From assembly GCA_041663005.1 (NCBI GenBank), contig JBAZRK010000002.1:128740-192739 (forward strand): DNA of 64,000 bases, read 5' to 3'. Below, piece after piece: positions 18,308 through 27,449 of this stretch. This stretch comes from Minisyncoccota bacterium. GTDB taxonomy: Bacteria; Patescibacteriota; Minisyncoccia; Phycocordibacterales; UBA9973. Both the position numbers and the translations under genes were made by a program. The notes beneath the pieces were generated by a model, which was not told the origin of the DNA, did not search any database, and saw only the letters and a list, made by a program, of their open reading frames with translations. Every line of letters begins with the position of its first letter. Position 1 is the first letter of the stretch.

Positions 18308-20005
18308 TTACTCCTCATTTAAATCTACGACGCTCTGAACTTCTTCGAGCGAAGTGACGCCGTTTAGAATTTTTACCAAGCCGTCCTGGCGCATAGAGAG
18401 TATGCCTTGCAGCGCGGCAACTTTTTTAATTTCACGTTCGCTTGGATTCTCCGGCATTATTTTTTCAATAGTTTCATCGGTGCGAATAGCTTCAAAAATA
18501 CCCATTCTTCCTTTAAATCCAGTCATGTTGCATTTATCACACCCCACAGAAGTAAAAATTTTAAAAGAAGCATCGGGGTCTATCTTGTAATTAGTAAGGC
18601 TTTTGCCTTCCGCTTTGATGTTAACCATTATTTTTTTTATGAGCGCGTCCTCTTCTGCTGTCAGTGTTTTTTCTTTTTTACAAAATTCGCAGAGCTTGCG
18701 CACCAGACGCTGGGCTATAGAAAGTGACAAGGCCGATACCAGGATTTTTGGGTTGACCCCGAGATCTATCAGACGGGGGATGACACCTGCGGCATTGTTT
18801 GTGTGGAGAGTCGAGAAGACCATATGTCCGGTGAGAGCGGATTGTACCGCTGTTTCTGCGGTTTCGCGGTCGCGGATTTCTCCTACCATCACCACATCTG
18901 GGTCCTGACGCAAAGCGGAGCGCAGACCCTCCACGAAAGTGTAACCGCGCTCTTCGTTTGTCTGTGTTTGAGTTACGCCGGGGAGGTGATACTCCACCGG
19001 GTCTTCAATGGTGATAATTTTTATTTCCGGAGAATATATTTTTCGCAGGAAGGCGTAAAGTGTAGTGGTTTTTCCGGAACCAGTTGGACCGGTGACCAGG
19101 ATGAGGCCGTTAGGCTTGGCGATTTCTTCTTGAATAACGGAAAACAAAAATGGTTCTATTCCCATTTCTTCCAATTTTACCTGTATGGATTTCGGGTCGA
19201 GTATTCGCATAACGATGGACTCGCCGTAAGCACCGGGAATGAGGGAGGCACGGATACTGATTTCCTCTTTTTCTTCCAGGATACTAAAGCGACCATCTTG
19301 AGCCACCGTGGAAGTCAATTTCATACCGGAGAGAAGTTTGATGCGTGAATTGAGCAGGCGATAAACTTCCAAACCAAAAAAGTTTAAATCTTGCAGAACC
19401 CCATCCAGACGAAGTCGAAGCCTGCCACGGTCTCTTTCAGCTTCGATGTGAATATCCGAAGCCTTGATGGCGATAGCGCCAGCCAAGATGATTTCAAGGA
19501 GGTGTGAGATTTTGTGGGTTTTGTTACCCTCTAATGCTTCTGTCACCATTTTTTGAATATCCTGCATTTTCTCTATCTGGTTGGCTGTTTCGCGCAGAAC
19601 TTCACCCGAGATGTCAATGCCGCCGACGATAGAACTTTCGGCCATAGAGATTTCCTTATAGCGTTCCCAGATTTTAGTTAGGCTCGCGGTGGATGCCATA
19701 TAGAAAACCGGCGTTAGATTTTTTCGCCCCATATCCTCTTTTAATTTTCCAAAGAGTGCATCTGACGGCGAATGCACGGCGATATAAATATTTTTGCCGA
19801 AAAGTTTAAATGGGCCTACGGAGAGTTCTCGGGACTCTTTTTCCGTAATGGCGCGGAGAGCTTCGTTGTCTATGCCCAGCCGAGATAGATCAATATAAGG
19901 CAGGCCGTATTTTTCTTCCGCCAGGGTCGCCACAAGCTCTTCCTCTTCCTGCTTGCGCAGGTCGTCAAGACGCTTGTTTTGCTTTTCTTCATCAAAGGGA
20001 GGCAT
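18308..20005 (-). CDS. pilB: type IV pilus assembly / type II secretion ATPase (PilB/GspE family)
   Basis: 565 aa. Walker A LVTGPTGSGKTTTL. His/Asp boxes. C-terminal tetra-Cys motif CDKC...C. Confidence 0.85.
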   Translation of the reverse strand: MPPFDEEKQNKRLDDLRKQEEEELVATLAEEKYGLPYIDLSRLGIDNEALRAITEKESRELSVGPFKLFGKNIYIAVHSPSDALFGKLKEDMGRKNLTPVFYMASTASLTKIWERYKEISMAESSIVGGIDISGEVLRETANQIEKMQDIQKMVTEALEGNKTHKISHLLEIILAGAIAIKASDIHIEAERDRGRLRLRLDGVLQDLNFFGLEVYRLLNSRIKLLSGMKLTSTVAQDGRFSILEEKEEISIRASLIPGAYGESIVMRILDPKSIQVKLEEMGIEPFLFSVIQEEIAKPNGLILVTGPTGSGKTTTLYAFLRKIYSPEIKIITIEDPVEYHLPGVTQTQTNEERGYTFVEGLRSALRQDPDVVMVGEIRDRETAETAVQSALTGHMVFSTLHTNNAAGVIPRLIDLGVNPKILVSALSLSIAQRLVRKLCEFCKKEKTLTAEEDALIKKIMVNIKAEGKSLTNYKIDPDASFKIFTSVGCDKCNMTGFKGRMGIFEAIRTDETIEKIMPENPSEREIKKVAALQGILSMRQDGLVKILNGVTSLEEVQSVVDLNEE

Positions 20006-20052
20006 TGAAATAAATTATACCTCCGCCCCTCTTTTTATGCTAATATTTTTCT

Positions 20053-20526
20053 ATGCGGAAATTATCCCGAAATAAAAAAGAAACAGGAGAAATAGCAAAG
20101 ATATTTCTGGACAAAATTCTAAACAAGAAAGTGCCTAAAGGTGCGCGGGTGGTAGGGCTTTATGGTAATTTGGGTGCGGGGAAAACAGCCTTCGTCAAGG
20201 CTATTGCCAAGCACCTAGCGGTTAAGGAGGTGGTTAACAGCCCGACTTTCGTCATCATCAAGAGATACCCCATACCAGAACGAGTTCGGTACGGGGCAGG
20301 TCCTATAAAAAAAAGTGAGCTGAAAACTCTTTTTCATTTAGACGCGTATCGCCTAAAGAATGAGCATGAGCTCCTTACTCTCGGCTGGGAAGAAATAATT
20401 AAAGATGACGCAAACTTGGTTTTCATTGAATGGCCGGAAAACGTAGAAAAGGTAATGCCTCGCCAGTCGAGCAATGTGCATATTGCTCACGAAAAGGGTA
20501 CTCGCCGAAGCCTCAAATTAAGTTAG
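20053..20526 (+). CDS. tsaE: tRNA t6A37 threonylcarbamoyladenosine biosynthesis protein TsaE
   Basis: 157 aa with P-loop GLYGNLGAGKTAFVK, characteristic of YjeE/TsaE. Confidence 0.8.
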   Translation: MRKLSRNKKETGEIAKIFLDKILNKKVPKGARVVGLYGNLGAGKTAFVKAIAKHLAVKEVVNSPTFVIIKRYPIPERVRYGAGPIKKSELKTLFHLDAYRLKNEHELLTLGWEEIIKDDANLVFIEWPENVEKVMPRQSSNVHIAHEKGTRRSLKLS

Positions 20527-20549
20527 GCTAAAATGCTATAATTAGCTTA

Positions 20550-22994
20550 ATGGCGAAAACAAACAACAATAAAAGGCTGGTACTGCTTGATGCGCACGCA
20601 ATAATCCACCGCGCCTACCACGCCCTGCCCGAATTCACTTCAAGTAGTGGTGAGCCCACTGGAGCCCTCTACGGCCTTTCCAGTATGCTTATTCGTATTA
20701 TTGCCGACCTTAAGCCTGACTATATTGCCGCTTGTTATGACCTACCGCAGAAAACATTTCGCCACGAGGTTTATGATGCCTATAAAGCTGGCCGGGCAAA
20801 GACCGACGAAGCGCTCATTTCTCAACTCAAAGTATCGCGACAAATTTTCGATGCTTTTAACATTCCTATTTATGATGCGCCGGGCTTTGAGGCTGACGAC
20901 GTTTTGGGTACGATAGTTGAGCAATATAAAAAAGATAAAAAATTAGACATCATCATTGCTTCCGGAGATATGGATACAATGCAGTTAGTGGATGACAAGA
21001 AAGTACAAGTTTACACCCTAAAGAAAGGGATTAACGACACGATTCTTTATGATGAAGAAAAAGTTGTAGAACGCTTCGGTTTCAAGCCGGTGCTCTTGCC
21101 GGATTACAAAGGACTCCGAGGGGACCCGTCGGACAATATAATTGGAGTGAAAGGCATAGGAGAGAAAACGGCGCAAACCCTCATCTTGAATTTCGGAACT
21201 GTTGAAGAAATTTATAAAAAAATAAAAAAGGACCCAGAAGCTTTGGCCAAGGCAGGTATAAGCGCCCGGATGATTGAGATACTCAAAGAAAACGAGGAAG
21301 AGGCGCTGTTTTCGAAGACGCTTGCAACCATTCGTACTGATGCACCAATCAAATTTTCCTTACCGGAGAAAACTTTTTGGGAAAGTGCCGACCAGAAGAA
21401 AATAGAAGAAACCTTCACACGGCTAGAATTCAAAAGTCTAGGGGCTCGATTACAGAATTTTTTTAAGAACGGGAATGAGGGCCCCCGGCCAGCAGAATTT
21501 TCTCGGGTCCTTGGGTCGCCCGCGCAAGTTTCTAAAAACGAGCGGGCTCAACCAGACCAGCTCGAAAATTCTCTGGCCGGGAGCCCAGAGATAGATTCCG
21601 AAAAGCTCCAGGAAACGAGCATTGCGCTGTGGCTCATAAATTCCGAAATTTCCGACCCGAAAATAGAAAACATTTTACAATATGCTAAAACCGAAAGCTT
21701 CGAAGAGGCGCGAAGTATAATTTTAAAGAAGCTCAAAGCAGACAAACTGGAAAATGTTTTCGAAGAAATTGAAAAACCGATTATGCCAGTGGTAAAGCAG
21801 ATGGAAGACTATGGGATATTAATCGATAAGAAATATTTTAAAAGTTTATCTGTCGAATACCATAAGGAGCTCGATTTACTTACGAAAAGAATATGGAAAA
21901 CAGCCGGGACAGAATTCAATATTAATTCCCCGAAACAGTTAGGCGAAGTACTTTTCGGCAAGATGGGCATTAAGTCTGGGAAAAAAAGTGCGGGCGGGGC
22001 GCTCTCTACTCGAGTTTCTGTCCTAGAAGAGCTCGAAGAAGAAAACCCGATAATTTCCGACATCCTAGCTTATCGCGAACTTCAGAAGCTCCTTTCTACG
22101 TACATCGACGTTATACCTGATATGGCGGGGGAGGATGGGCGGCTGCACGCCAGGTTCATTCAGAACGGGACGACGACGGGACGCTTTTCTTCCCAAGATC
22201 CAAATTTACAAAATTTACCCATAAAGTCAGAGCTAGGTAGGAGGATTCGCGGCGGCTTCGTAGCCCCGTCTGGGAGCGTCTTGGCAGCATTTGACTACAG
22301 CCAGATTGAACTTCGGGTTGCCGCTATGCTCTCGGGCGACAAGAAAATGACAGCGTTGTTCCGCGAACGTAAGGACATTCACGCCGGAGTGGCGTCTTTT
22401 GTATTCGGGGTGCCTATTGAAAAGGTTGATGCGGAAATGAGACGCAAAGCGAAAGTTATAAACTTCGGCATTATTTACGGGATGGGAGTAAGTGCCTTGC
22501 GGAAAAACTTGGGAGGCACCCGCGACGAAGCGCAGAAATTCTACGACAACTATTTTAATCAGTTTTCTGGGGTGAGGGATTACTTGGAGGAAGTAAAAAG
22601 TTTTGCCAAGAAAAATTCTTATACCGAAACATTGTTCGGCCGCCGAAGATATTTCCCAAACATAAATTCACGCCTGCCATTTCTCCGAAGTATGGCAGAG
22701 CGTACCGCTACCAATGCGTCAATTCAGGGGACAGCTGCGGACATTATTAAGCTTGCCATCAGGTTTACAGAAGAAGACCTCAAAGCGGCAGAGCTTTTAA
22801 AAAAGGTACACCTTGTGCTTCAAGTGCACGATGAGCTGGTTTATGAAATAGAAAAGGATGTGGTAGAAAAAGCTGCCGAAATAATAAAAAAGGCAATGGA
22901 GAGCGCTCTCGTGCGAGCTTACTTGGGCTACAAAACTGACATTCCGCTCTTGGTCCACGAAGGGGCAGGGGCGAACTTAGGGGAAGTCAAATAG
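20550..22994 (+). CDS. polA: DNA polymerase I (5'-3' exonuclease + polymerase domains; no obvious 3'-5' proofreading motifs)
   Basis: 814 aa. N-terminal FEN-like nuclease. Pol motif A DYSQIELR, motif B RRKAKVINFGIIYG, motif C QVHDELV. The inter-domain linker (about 21470-21600) is GC-rich with hairpins. Confidence 0.9.
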   Translation: MAKTNNNKRLVLLDAHAIIHRAYHALPEFTSSSGEPTGALYGLSSMLIRIIADLKPDYIAACYDLPQKTFRHEVYDAYKAGRAKTDEALISQLKVSRQIFDAFNIPIYDAPGFEADDVLGTIVEQYKKDKKLDIIIASGDMDTMQLVDDKKVQVYTLKKGINDTILYDEEKVVERFGFKPVLLPDYKGLRGDPSDNIIGVKGIGEKTAQTLILNFGTVEEIYKKIKKDPEALAKAGISARMIEILKENEEEALFSKTLATIRTDAPIKFSLPEKTFWESADQKKIEETFTRLEFKSLGARLQNFFKNGNEGPRPAEFSRVLGSPAQVSKNERAQPDQLENSLAGSPEIDSEKLQETSIALWLINSEISDPKIENILQYAKTESFEEARSIILKKLKADKLENVFEEIEKPIMPVVKQMEDYGILIDKKYFKSLSVEYHKELDLLTKRIWKTAGTEFNINSPKQLGEVLFGKMGIKSGKKSAGGALSTRVSVLEELEEENPIISDILAYRELQKLLSTYIDVIPDMAGEDGRLHARFIQNGTTTGRFSSQDPNLQNLPIKSELGRRIRGGFVAPSGSVLAAFDYSQIELRVAAMLSGDKKMTALFRERKDIHAGVASFVFGVPIEKVDAEMRRKAKVINFGIIYGMGVSALRKNLGGTRDEAQKFYDNYFNQFSGVRDYLEEVKSFAKKNSYTETLFGRRRYFPNINSRLPFLRSMAERTATNASIQGTAADIIKLAIRFTEEDLKAAELLKKVHLVLQVHDELVYEIEKDVVEKAAEIIKKAMESALVRAYLGYKTDIPLLVHEGAGANLGEVK

Positions 22995-23020
22995 TGAAAT
23001 TTGTGGTAGAATATTAAATT

Positions 23021-23491
23021 ATGTACGGCGGCGGCACAAAAGATCCTAAAAGAGTAAGTGTGCACCGAGTGCTGGTGCGGTCCTACTACACCTCGCTCCT
23101 TTTCTTCCTTATCGGCGTGTGTCTGGATATGATTTTCCGATTGAATATCTTAAAAGGAGTGATGATTGCCCCGGCAGGGTTTATATTTTTAATTGCTGGA
23201 ACATGGCTAATAATTTGGGCTCAGCACACCTCGCGCAACTTTCAAAATGATAACATTACTTCGGAAAGTTTCCGCCGAGGGCCATATAGCTTTACCAGAA
23301 ACCCGACATATTGGGGGCTATACCTTGTATTGTTCGGCTTCGGCTTGGTTATTAATGCAATTTTCGTGCTTGCTTCAACAATTGTTTCTTTCTTTATAAC
23401 CAAATTCTTTTTCTTGAAACAGGAAGAAAAAATACTGGCGGAAAAATACGGTGACGCTTACTTGGAATACAAGAAATCGGTGCACACTTAG
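23021..23491 (+). CDS. membrane methyltransferase-family protein (isoprenylcysteine carboxyl methyltransferase / PEMT-like)
   Basis: 156 aa, four TM segments. TRNPTYWGLYLVLFGFG resembles the ICMT-family signature. Confidence 0.4.
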   Translation: MYGGGTKDPKRVSVHRVLVRSYYTSLLFFLIGVCLDMIFRLNILKGVMIAPAGFIFLIAGTWLIIWAQHTSRNFQNDNITSESFRRGPYSFTRNPTYWGLYLVLFGFGLVINAIFVLASTIVSFFITKFFFLKQEEKILAEKYGDAYLEYKKSVHT

Positions 23492-23503
23492 ACTTGTTGA
23501 TTT

Positions 23504-24151
23504 ATGATTTACCTTTTTGCCGGCGACGACGCTAAGACTAAAATTCTCAATTACGAGAAATTCGCAAAAACTTTTCCTAAATCGGTGGATATTTTCTCTG
23601 TTAGTCGAAACAATTTCGACCCAGCGCAGATAGAGAGTTACTATTCAGGGGAAAGCCTTTTTACTAAAAAGTCCGTCGTGGTTTTCCAGGGCATTCTCGA
23701 ACGAGAAGAAGCACGGGACTTTGCTCTTCTGAAGCTCGGGTTGATGGCAAGTTCTGGCAACGATTTTGTTTTCATTGAAGGAAAACTAAATAAACCTGTT
23801 ATCGATGCCTTCAAGAAAGCTCGCGCCGAAATTAACATTTTTGATCTATCGAAAGAGAAAAAAGAGAAATATGACAATTTTCTAGTCGCTAATGCTTTCG
23901 CCAGCAGAGACAAATTTCATACTTGGTTGTATTTCCGACAAGCCGTGGACTTGGGTGTGGCTCTAGATGAGCTCGCTGGAATTCTTTTCTGGAAGGTGAA
24001 AGATATGTTGGTAAAAAAGAACTTCAGCAAATTTAAAGAAGAGGAGTTAAAAAATTTCGTCGGGAAGCTCTCATATCTTCTCCCAGAAGCCAGACAAAAA
24101 GGCCCTGAGGCCGAGTCCGCCTTCGAGCAATTTTTACTTGAGGCTTTCTAG
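23504..24151 (+). CDS. holA: putative DNA polymerase III delta subunit (HolA-like)
   Basis: 215 aa. N-terminal MIYLFAGDD resembles the delta N-terminus. Weak call. Confidence 0.4.
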   Translation: MIYLFAGDDAKTKILNYEKFAKTFPKSVDIFSVSRNNFDPAQIESYYSGESLFTKKSVVVFQGILEREEARDFALLKLGLMASSGNDFVFIEGKLNKPVIDAFKKARAEINIFDLSKEKKEKYDNFLVANAFASRDKFHTWLYFRQAVDLGVALDELAGILFWKVKDMLVKKNFSKFKEEELKNFVGKLSYLLPEARQKGPEAESAFEQFLLEAF

Positions 24152-24224
24152 TGCGCCCGCTCGGGATCGAACCGAGGACCTTATCCTTAAAAGGGATCTG
24201 CTCTACCAGCTGAGCTACGGGCGC
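24152..24224 (-). tRNA. tRNA-Lys (anticodon UUU)
   Basis: Hand-folded cloverleaf: acceptor GCGCCCG/CGGGCGC, anticodon loop CUUUUAA, T-loop GGTTCGATCC. Starts immediately after the holA stop. Confidence 0.85.
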
Positions 24225-24270
24225 ATACGCTGATACTATAAGAGAAAAGCTTAAAAATCAAGGAGATTAG

Positions 24271-24936
24271 CTATTGCTTCTTCAGCCACTCAATCATTTT
24301 CTTGTATGTAGCTGGGCCTGTTTCTCCGTCAGCAGTGGTGCCGACATCTTTCTGGAAATCAGTAACGGCGGTTTTAAGCCCGGCACCGTAGTCGTTGTCG
24401 ACTTTATTTGAAGTTTTGTTATAAAGATTTAAAAATTTCTGTATTGTACCCACCCGAGTGCCCTTCGAACCAACTTTCATAAATACATTATCAGTAACGA
24501 GCTTCTGCAGTTCGTTTATAAGAGTTTGGTTTTTGTAAGTTATTGTAGTTGGGGCAGGCTTTTCTTCTTCTGGTGCAGGCGCAGGCTCTTCCTTCACTTC
24601 TTCCTTTTCTGCTTCAAGTGTTCCGAGCTGGCTTTTTAAAGCAGCTAATTCTTTTTCAAGCTCGCTATTTTTCTCGGCAAGTTCGCGTTCGTGTTGACGC
24701 GCCGCGTGCAAGTCACCGGGTTCGAGGGTTGTAAATGCCCAGTAGCCCAAGAGGCCTAAGGCGGCAATAACGATAATTGATATCAATCCGAATTTAAAAT
24801 TCTCCACAATGTATATATTGTAGTATAATGATGCTTCTTTGTAAAATAGTGCTAGTATAAAAAAAGATAACACCAGTATGAAACAAGGAATTTTCAAACT
24901 AAAAAGCAAATGGCAGCCTGCCGGGGACCAACCCAA
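24271..24936 (-). CDS. membrane-anchored coiled-coil protein with C-terminal peptidoglycan-binding (PG_binding_1-like) domain
   Basis: TM helix ISIIVIAALGLLGYWAF. Coiled coil AEKNSELEKELAALKSQLGTLEAEKEE. C-terminal ...TADGETGPATYKKM, PG-binding-like. The annotated ATG overlaps the divergent uvrB start; an internal GTG (about 24807) may be the true start. Confidence 0.5.
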   Translation of the reverse strand: MGWSPAGCHLLFSLKIPCFILVLSFFILALFYKEASLYYNIYIVENFKFGLISIIVIAALGLLGYWAFTTLEPGDLHAARQHERELAEKNSELEKELAALKSQLGTLEAEKEEVKEEPAPAPEEEKPAPTTITYKNQTLINELQKLVTDNVFMKVGSKGTRVGTIQKFLNLYNKTSNKVDNDYGAGLKTAVTDFQKDVGTTADGETGPATYKKMIEWLKKQ

Positions 24937-27100
24937 GGCTATTTCTGAGCTTATGTCCGGGCTTAAAAAAGGGTTTCAAAAGCAGACTCTCCTGGGCGCC
25001 ACCGGCACCGGGAAAACTTTCACGATGGCGAACGTCATTGCAGAGTGGGGGAAGCCGGCGCTGGTCATTGCCCACAATAAAACTCTGGCTGCTCAGCTGG
25101 CGCAAGAATTTAAAATGTTTTTCCCTGAAGCGGCCGTTCATTACTTCGTTTCCTATTATGATTACTATCAGCCGGAGGCATATATGCCGGTCTCAGATAC
25201 CTATATCGAAAAAGACGCGCAAATAAACAAAGAGATTGACCGCTTGCGCCACGCTACTACCCAGGCACTCTTAACGAGGAGGGATGTCGTTATTGTCGCT
25301 TCCGTGTCTTGTATCTATGGTCTTGGTAGTCCGGAAGAGTACGAGAAAGTAAATTTAAAATTGGAAATTGGGCAGGCAATGGACCGCACGACCCTGATGA
25401 AACGCTTGATCGAAATACATTTCGAGCGCACCAATGCTGACCTTACCCCTGGCACATTCCGAGTTATGGGTTCGCGAGTGGAATTTATGCCTGTTTCCGA
25501 GACGATTATGTATCAACTGGAACTTGCGGGAGGCGAAATTTCAAAAATCACCAAAGTAGACCCCGTTTCCTCAAGGGTTATCAAAGAAGAAACAAATGTT
25601 TTTATTTTCCCCGCAAAACATTTCATCACAGATGAAGCGCGACTTAAGACAGCTCTGGTTAACATTAAAAAAGAGTTAGCCGCGCAACTCAAGAAGTTCG
25701 AAAAGGAAGGTAAGCTTCTCGAGGCAGAAAGAATAAAACGAAGAACCAATTACGACCTAGCAATGATTAAAGAAGTTGGCTACTGCAACGGGATAGAAAA
25801 CTATTCCCGACATCTGTCAGGAAAAAAAGAAGGCGAGCCGCCGGAAACACTTTTGAGTTACTTTCCAAAAACCACCTCACCTCGCCCCTCGAAAAACTCG
25901 GGGCACCCCTCTCCTTGGCAAGGAGAGGGGTTGGGGGGAGGGGTCCATGTTCCGGACTTCCTTACTATTATCGACGAGTCCCACGTCACCCTCCCACAAC
26001 TCGGCGGAATGTATGCAGGTGATGCTTCTAGGAAAAATACACTTGTTGAATACGGATTTCGTTTACCATCGGCAAAAGATAATCGCCCCCTTAAGTACGC
26101 GGAATTCGAAGAACGCATCGGACCCGTAATATACACCAGCGCCACTCCAAGCGAAGTCGAGAGGAAAACCAGCGAACAGATCGTGGAGCAAATAATTCGC
26201 CCGACGGGTCTAGTAGACCCGGAAGTGCTTGTTAGGCCAGTGTCCGAAAAGGAGAAGTATCTTGGGCAAATTCAAGATTTCATAACCGAAGCGGAAAAGA
26301 CTATTGCCAAAGGTTTCCGGGCGATGGCGACCACGCTTACGAAGAAGATGGCAGAAGACCTGACTGCATATTTAAAAGAAAAAGGTTTTAAGGCTGAGTA
26401 TTTACATTCTGATATAAAAACCATGGACAGAATCAAAATATTAACTCAATTCAGACGAGGAGGAAGGGGAACTCCTGCCCCGTCTGGAGTCGAAGACTCT
26501 CGTTCGGGGTTTGATGTTTTGGTGGGGGTAAACTTGTTGCGAGAAGGTTTGGACCTTCCTGAGGTGGCGCTTATTGGAATTCTCGACGCTGACAAGGAGG
26601 GCTTTCTCCGTTCAGAAACATCGCTCATTCAAATCATTGGCCGTGCGGCGCGTAACTCCGAGGGCAGGGTAATTTTATATGCGGACAGCATTACCGGCTC
26701 TATGGAGAGGGCGATAGGGGAGACCGAGCGCCGCAGAAACATTCAACTCGCATATAACAAGGAGCACGGCATAACGCCGCAAACTATTCTTAAGAAAATT
26801 CACGATATCACCGAAGAGCTAGAAAGTGAGCATGGCAAAATTGTAAATGCAGAGCTTGCCCTGGATGTGGAATTGTTTAAAAAAGTTTTTGCCAAAGAGA
26901 AAAGCAATAAAGGCAGAACCGAGTCCGATACCATTAAAAACATCGGCCTTTCTGACGAAGAACGAAACAAGGTGGTCTATGACAAGATAATTAAAATGAA
27001 AGAAAAAGAAATGAACAAAGCGGTGAAACAGCTCGACTTCGAAACCGCCGCTATATTGCGCGACGAAATTAAAGTTTTGCAAGAAAAATATTTGAGATAA
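24878..27100 (+). CDS. uvrB: excinuclease ABC subunit B
   Basis: 740 aa. Walker A GATGTGKTF. Helicase motifs. VIDESHVTLPQLGGMY. C-terminal UVR domain (FETAAILRDEIKVLQ). Two in-frame GC-rich extra segments relative to canonical UvrB. Confidence 0.95.
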   Translation: MKQGIFKLKSKWQPAGDQPKAISELMSGLKKGFQKQTLLGATGTGKTFTMANVIAEWGKPALVIAHNKTLAAQLAQEFKMFFPEAAVHYFVSYYDYYQPEAYMPVSDTYIEKDAQINKEIDRLRHATTQALLTRRDVVIVASVSCIYGLGSPEEYEKVNLKLEIGQAMDRTTLMKRLIEIHFERTNADLTPGTFRVMGSRVEFMPVSETIMYQLELAGGEISKITKVDPVSSRVIKEETNVFIFPAKHFITDEARLKTALVNIKKELAAQLKKFEKEGKLLEAERIKRRTNYDLAMIKEVGYCNGIENYSRHLSGKKEGEPPETLLSYFPKTTSPRPSKNSGHPSPWQGEGLGGGVHVPDFLTIIDESHVTLPQLGGMYAGDASRKNTLVEYGFRLPSAKDNRPLKYAEFEERIGPVIYTSATPSEVERKTSEQIVEQIIRPTGLVDPEVLVRPVSEKEKYLGQIQDFITEAEKTIAKGFRAMATTLTKKMAEDLTAYLKEKGFKAEYLHSDIKTMDRIKILTQFRRGGRGTPAPSGVEDSRSGFDVLVGVNLLREGLDLPEVALIGILDADKEGFLRSETSLIQIIGRAARNSEGRVILYADSITGSMERAIGETERRRNIQLAYNKEHGITPQTILKKIHDITEELESEHGKIVNAELALDVELFKKVFAKEKSNKGRTESDTIKNIGLSDEERNKVVYDKIIKMKEKEMNKAVKQLDFETAAILRDEIKVLQEKYLR
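25871..25954 (+). repeat. in-frame GC-rich palindromic insertion inside uvrB (encodes TTSPRPSKNSGHPSPWQGEGLGGGVHVP)
   Basis: 84 nt containing the perfect hairpin CCCCTCTCC-TTGGCAA-GGAGAGGGG and a second stem GCCCC...GGGGC. It interrupts the conserved LLxYxPK | DxLxxxDESHV junction of UvrB. Confidence 0.6.
26452..26510 (+). repeat. second in-frame GC-rich palindromic insertion inside uvrB (encodes GGRGTPAPSGVEDSRS)
   Basis: Hairpins CAGACG-AGGAG...CTCCT...-CGTCTG and GAGTC-GAA-GACTC, located between the conserved R/L and GFDVLVG motifs. Confidence 0.5.
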
Positions 27101-27104
27101 AAAA

Positions 27105-27126
27105 AGCCGGGCGTTTCCGTCCGGCT
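27105..27126. terminator. terminator hairpin downstream of uvrB (A-run before, works better for the minus strand)
   Basis: AAAAAAAGCCGGGCGTTTCCGTCCGGCT. Confidence 0.5.
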
Positions 27127-27153
27127 GGGGTCAGGCGCATATCCCCAAAGCGC

Positions 27154-27255
27154 GTAATTCTAACTTCCGACGATGGCGATGTGCCTGACCGACCAATTCT
27201 CCCACAACAATTCCTGAATCTTTTCGCGTTCCAGAATACTTAAATGCTTGTATTG
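27154..27255 (-). pseudogene. 33-aa remnant resembling the N-terminal HTH of IS30-family transposases
   Basis: Hand translation MQYKHLSILEREKIQELLWENWSVRHIAIVGS. Compare IS30 HTH ...LTLSEREEIRAGLSAKMSIRAIA. Terminated after 33 codons. Lies between uvrB and the island. Confidence 0.3.
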
Positions 27256-27449
27256 CATACCTCTATTTTACTAAAAGTGTTGCACTTACTTGTTGAACCT
27301 AGGGGCATGTGTCCGACTGGGGGCACTGGAATGATCGTTACTCAGGGATTTTATAATTGTTATGTTATTTTAGATAAAGGTCTATTGGTTTTGGGAGTTT
27401 TGCTACTAATTGTAGGGCTTATATTTTACACGTTTCAAAAAGCACGCAC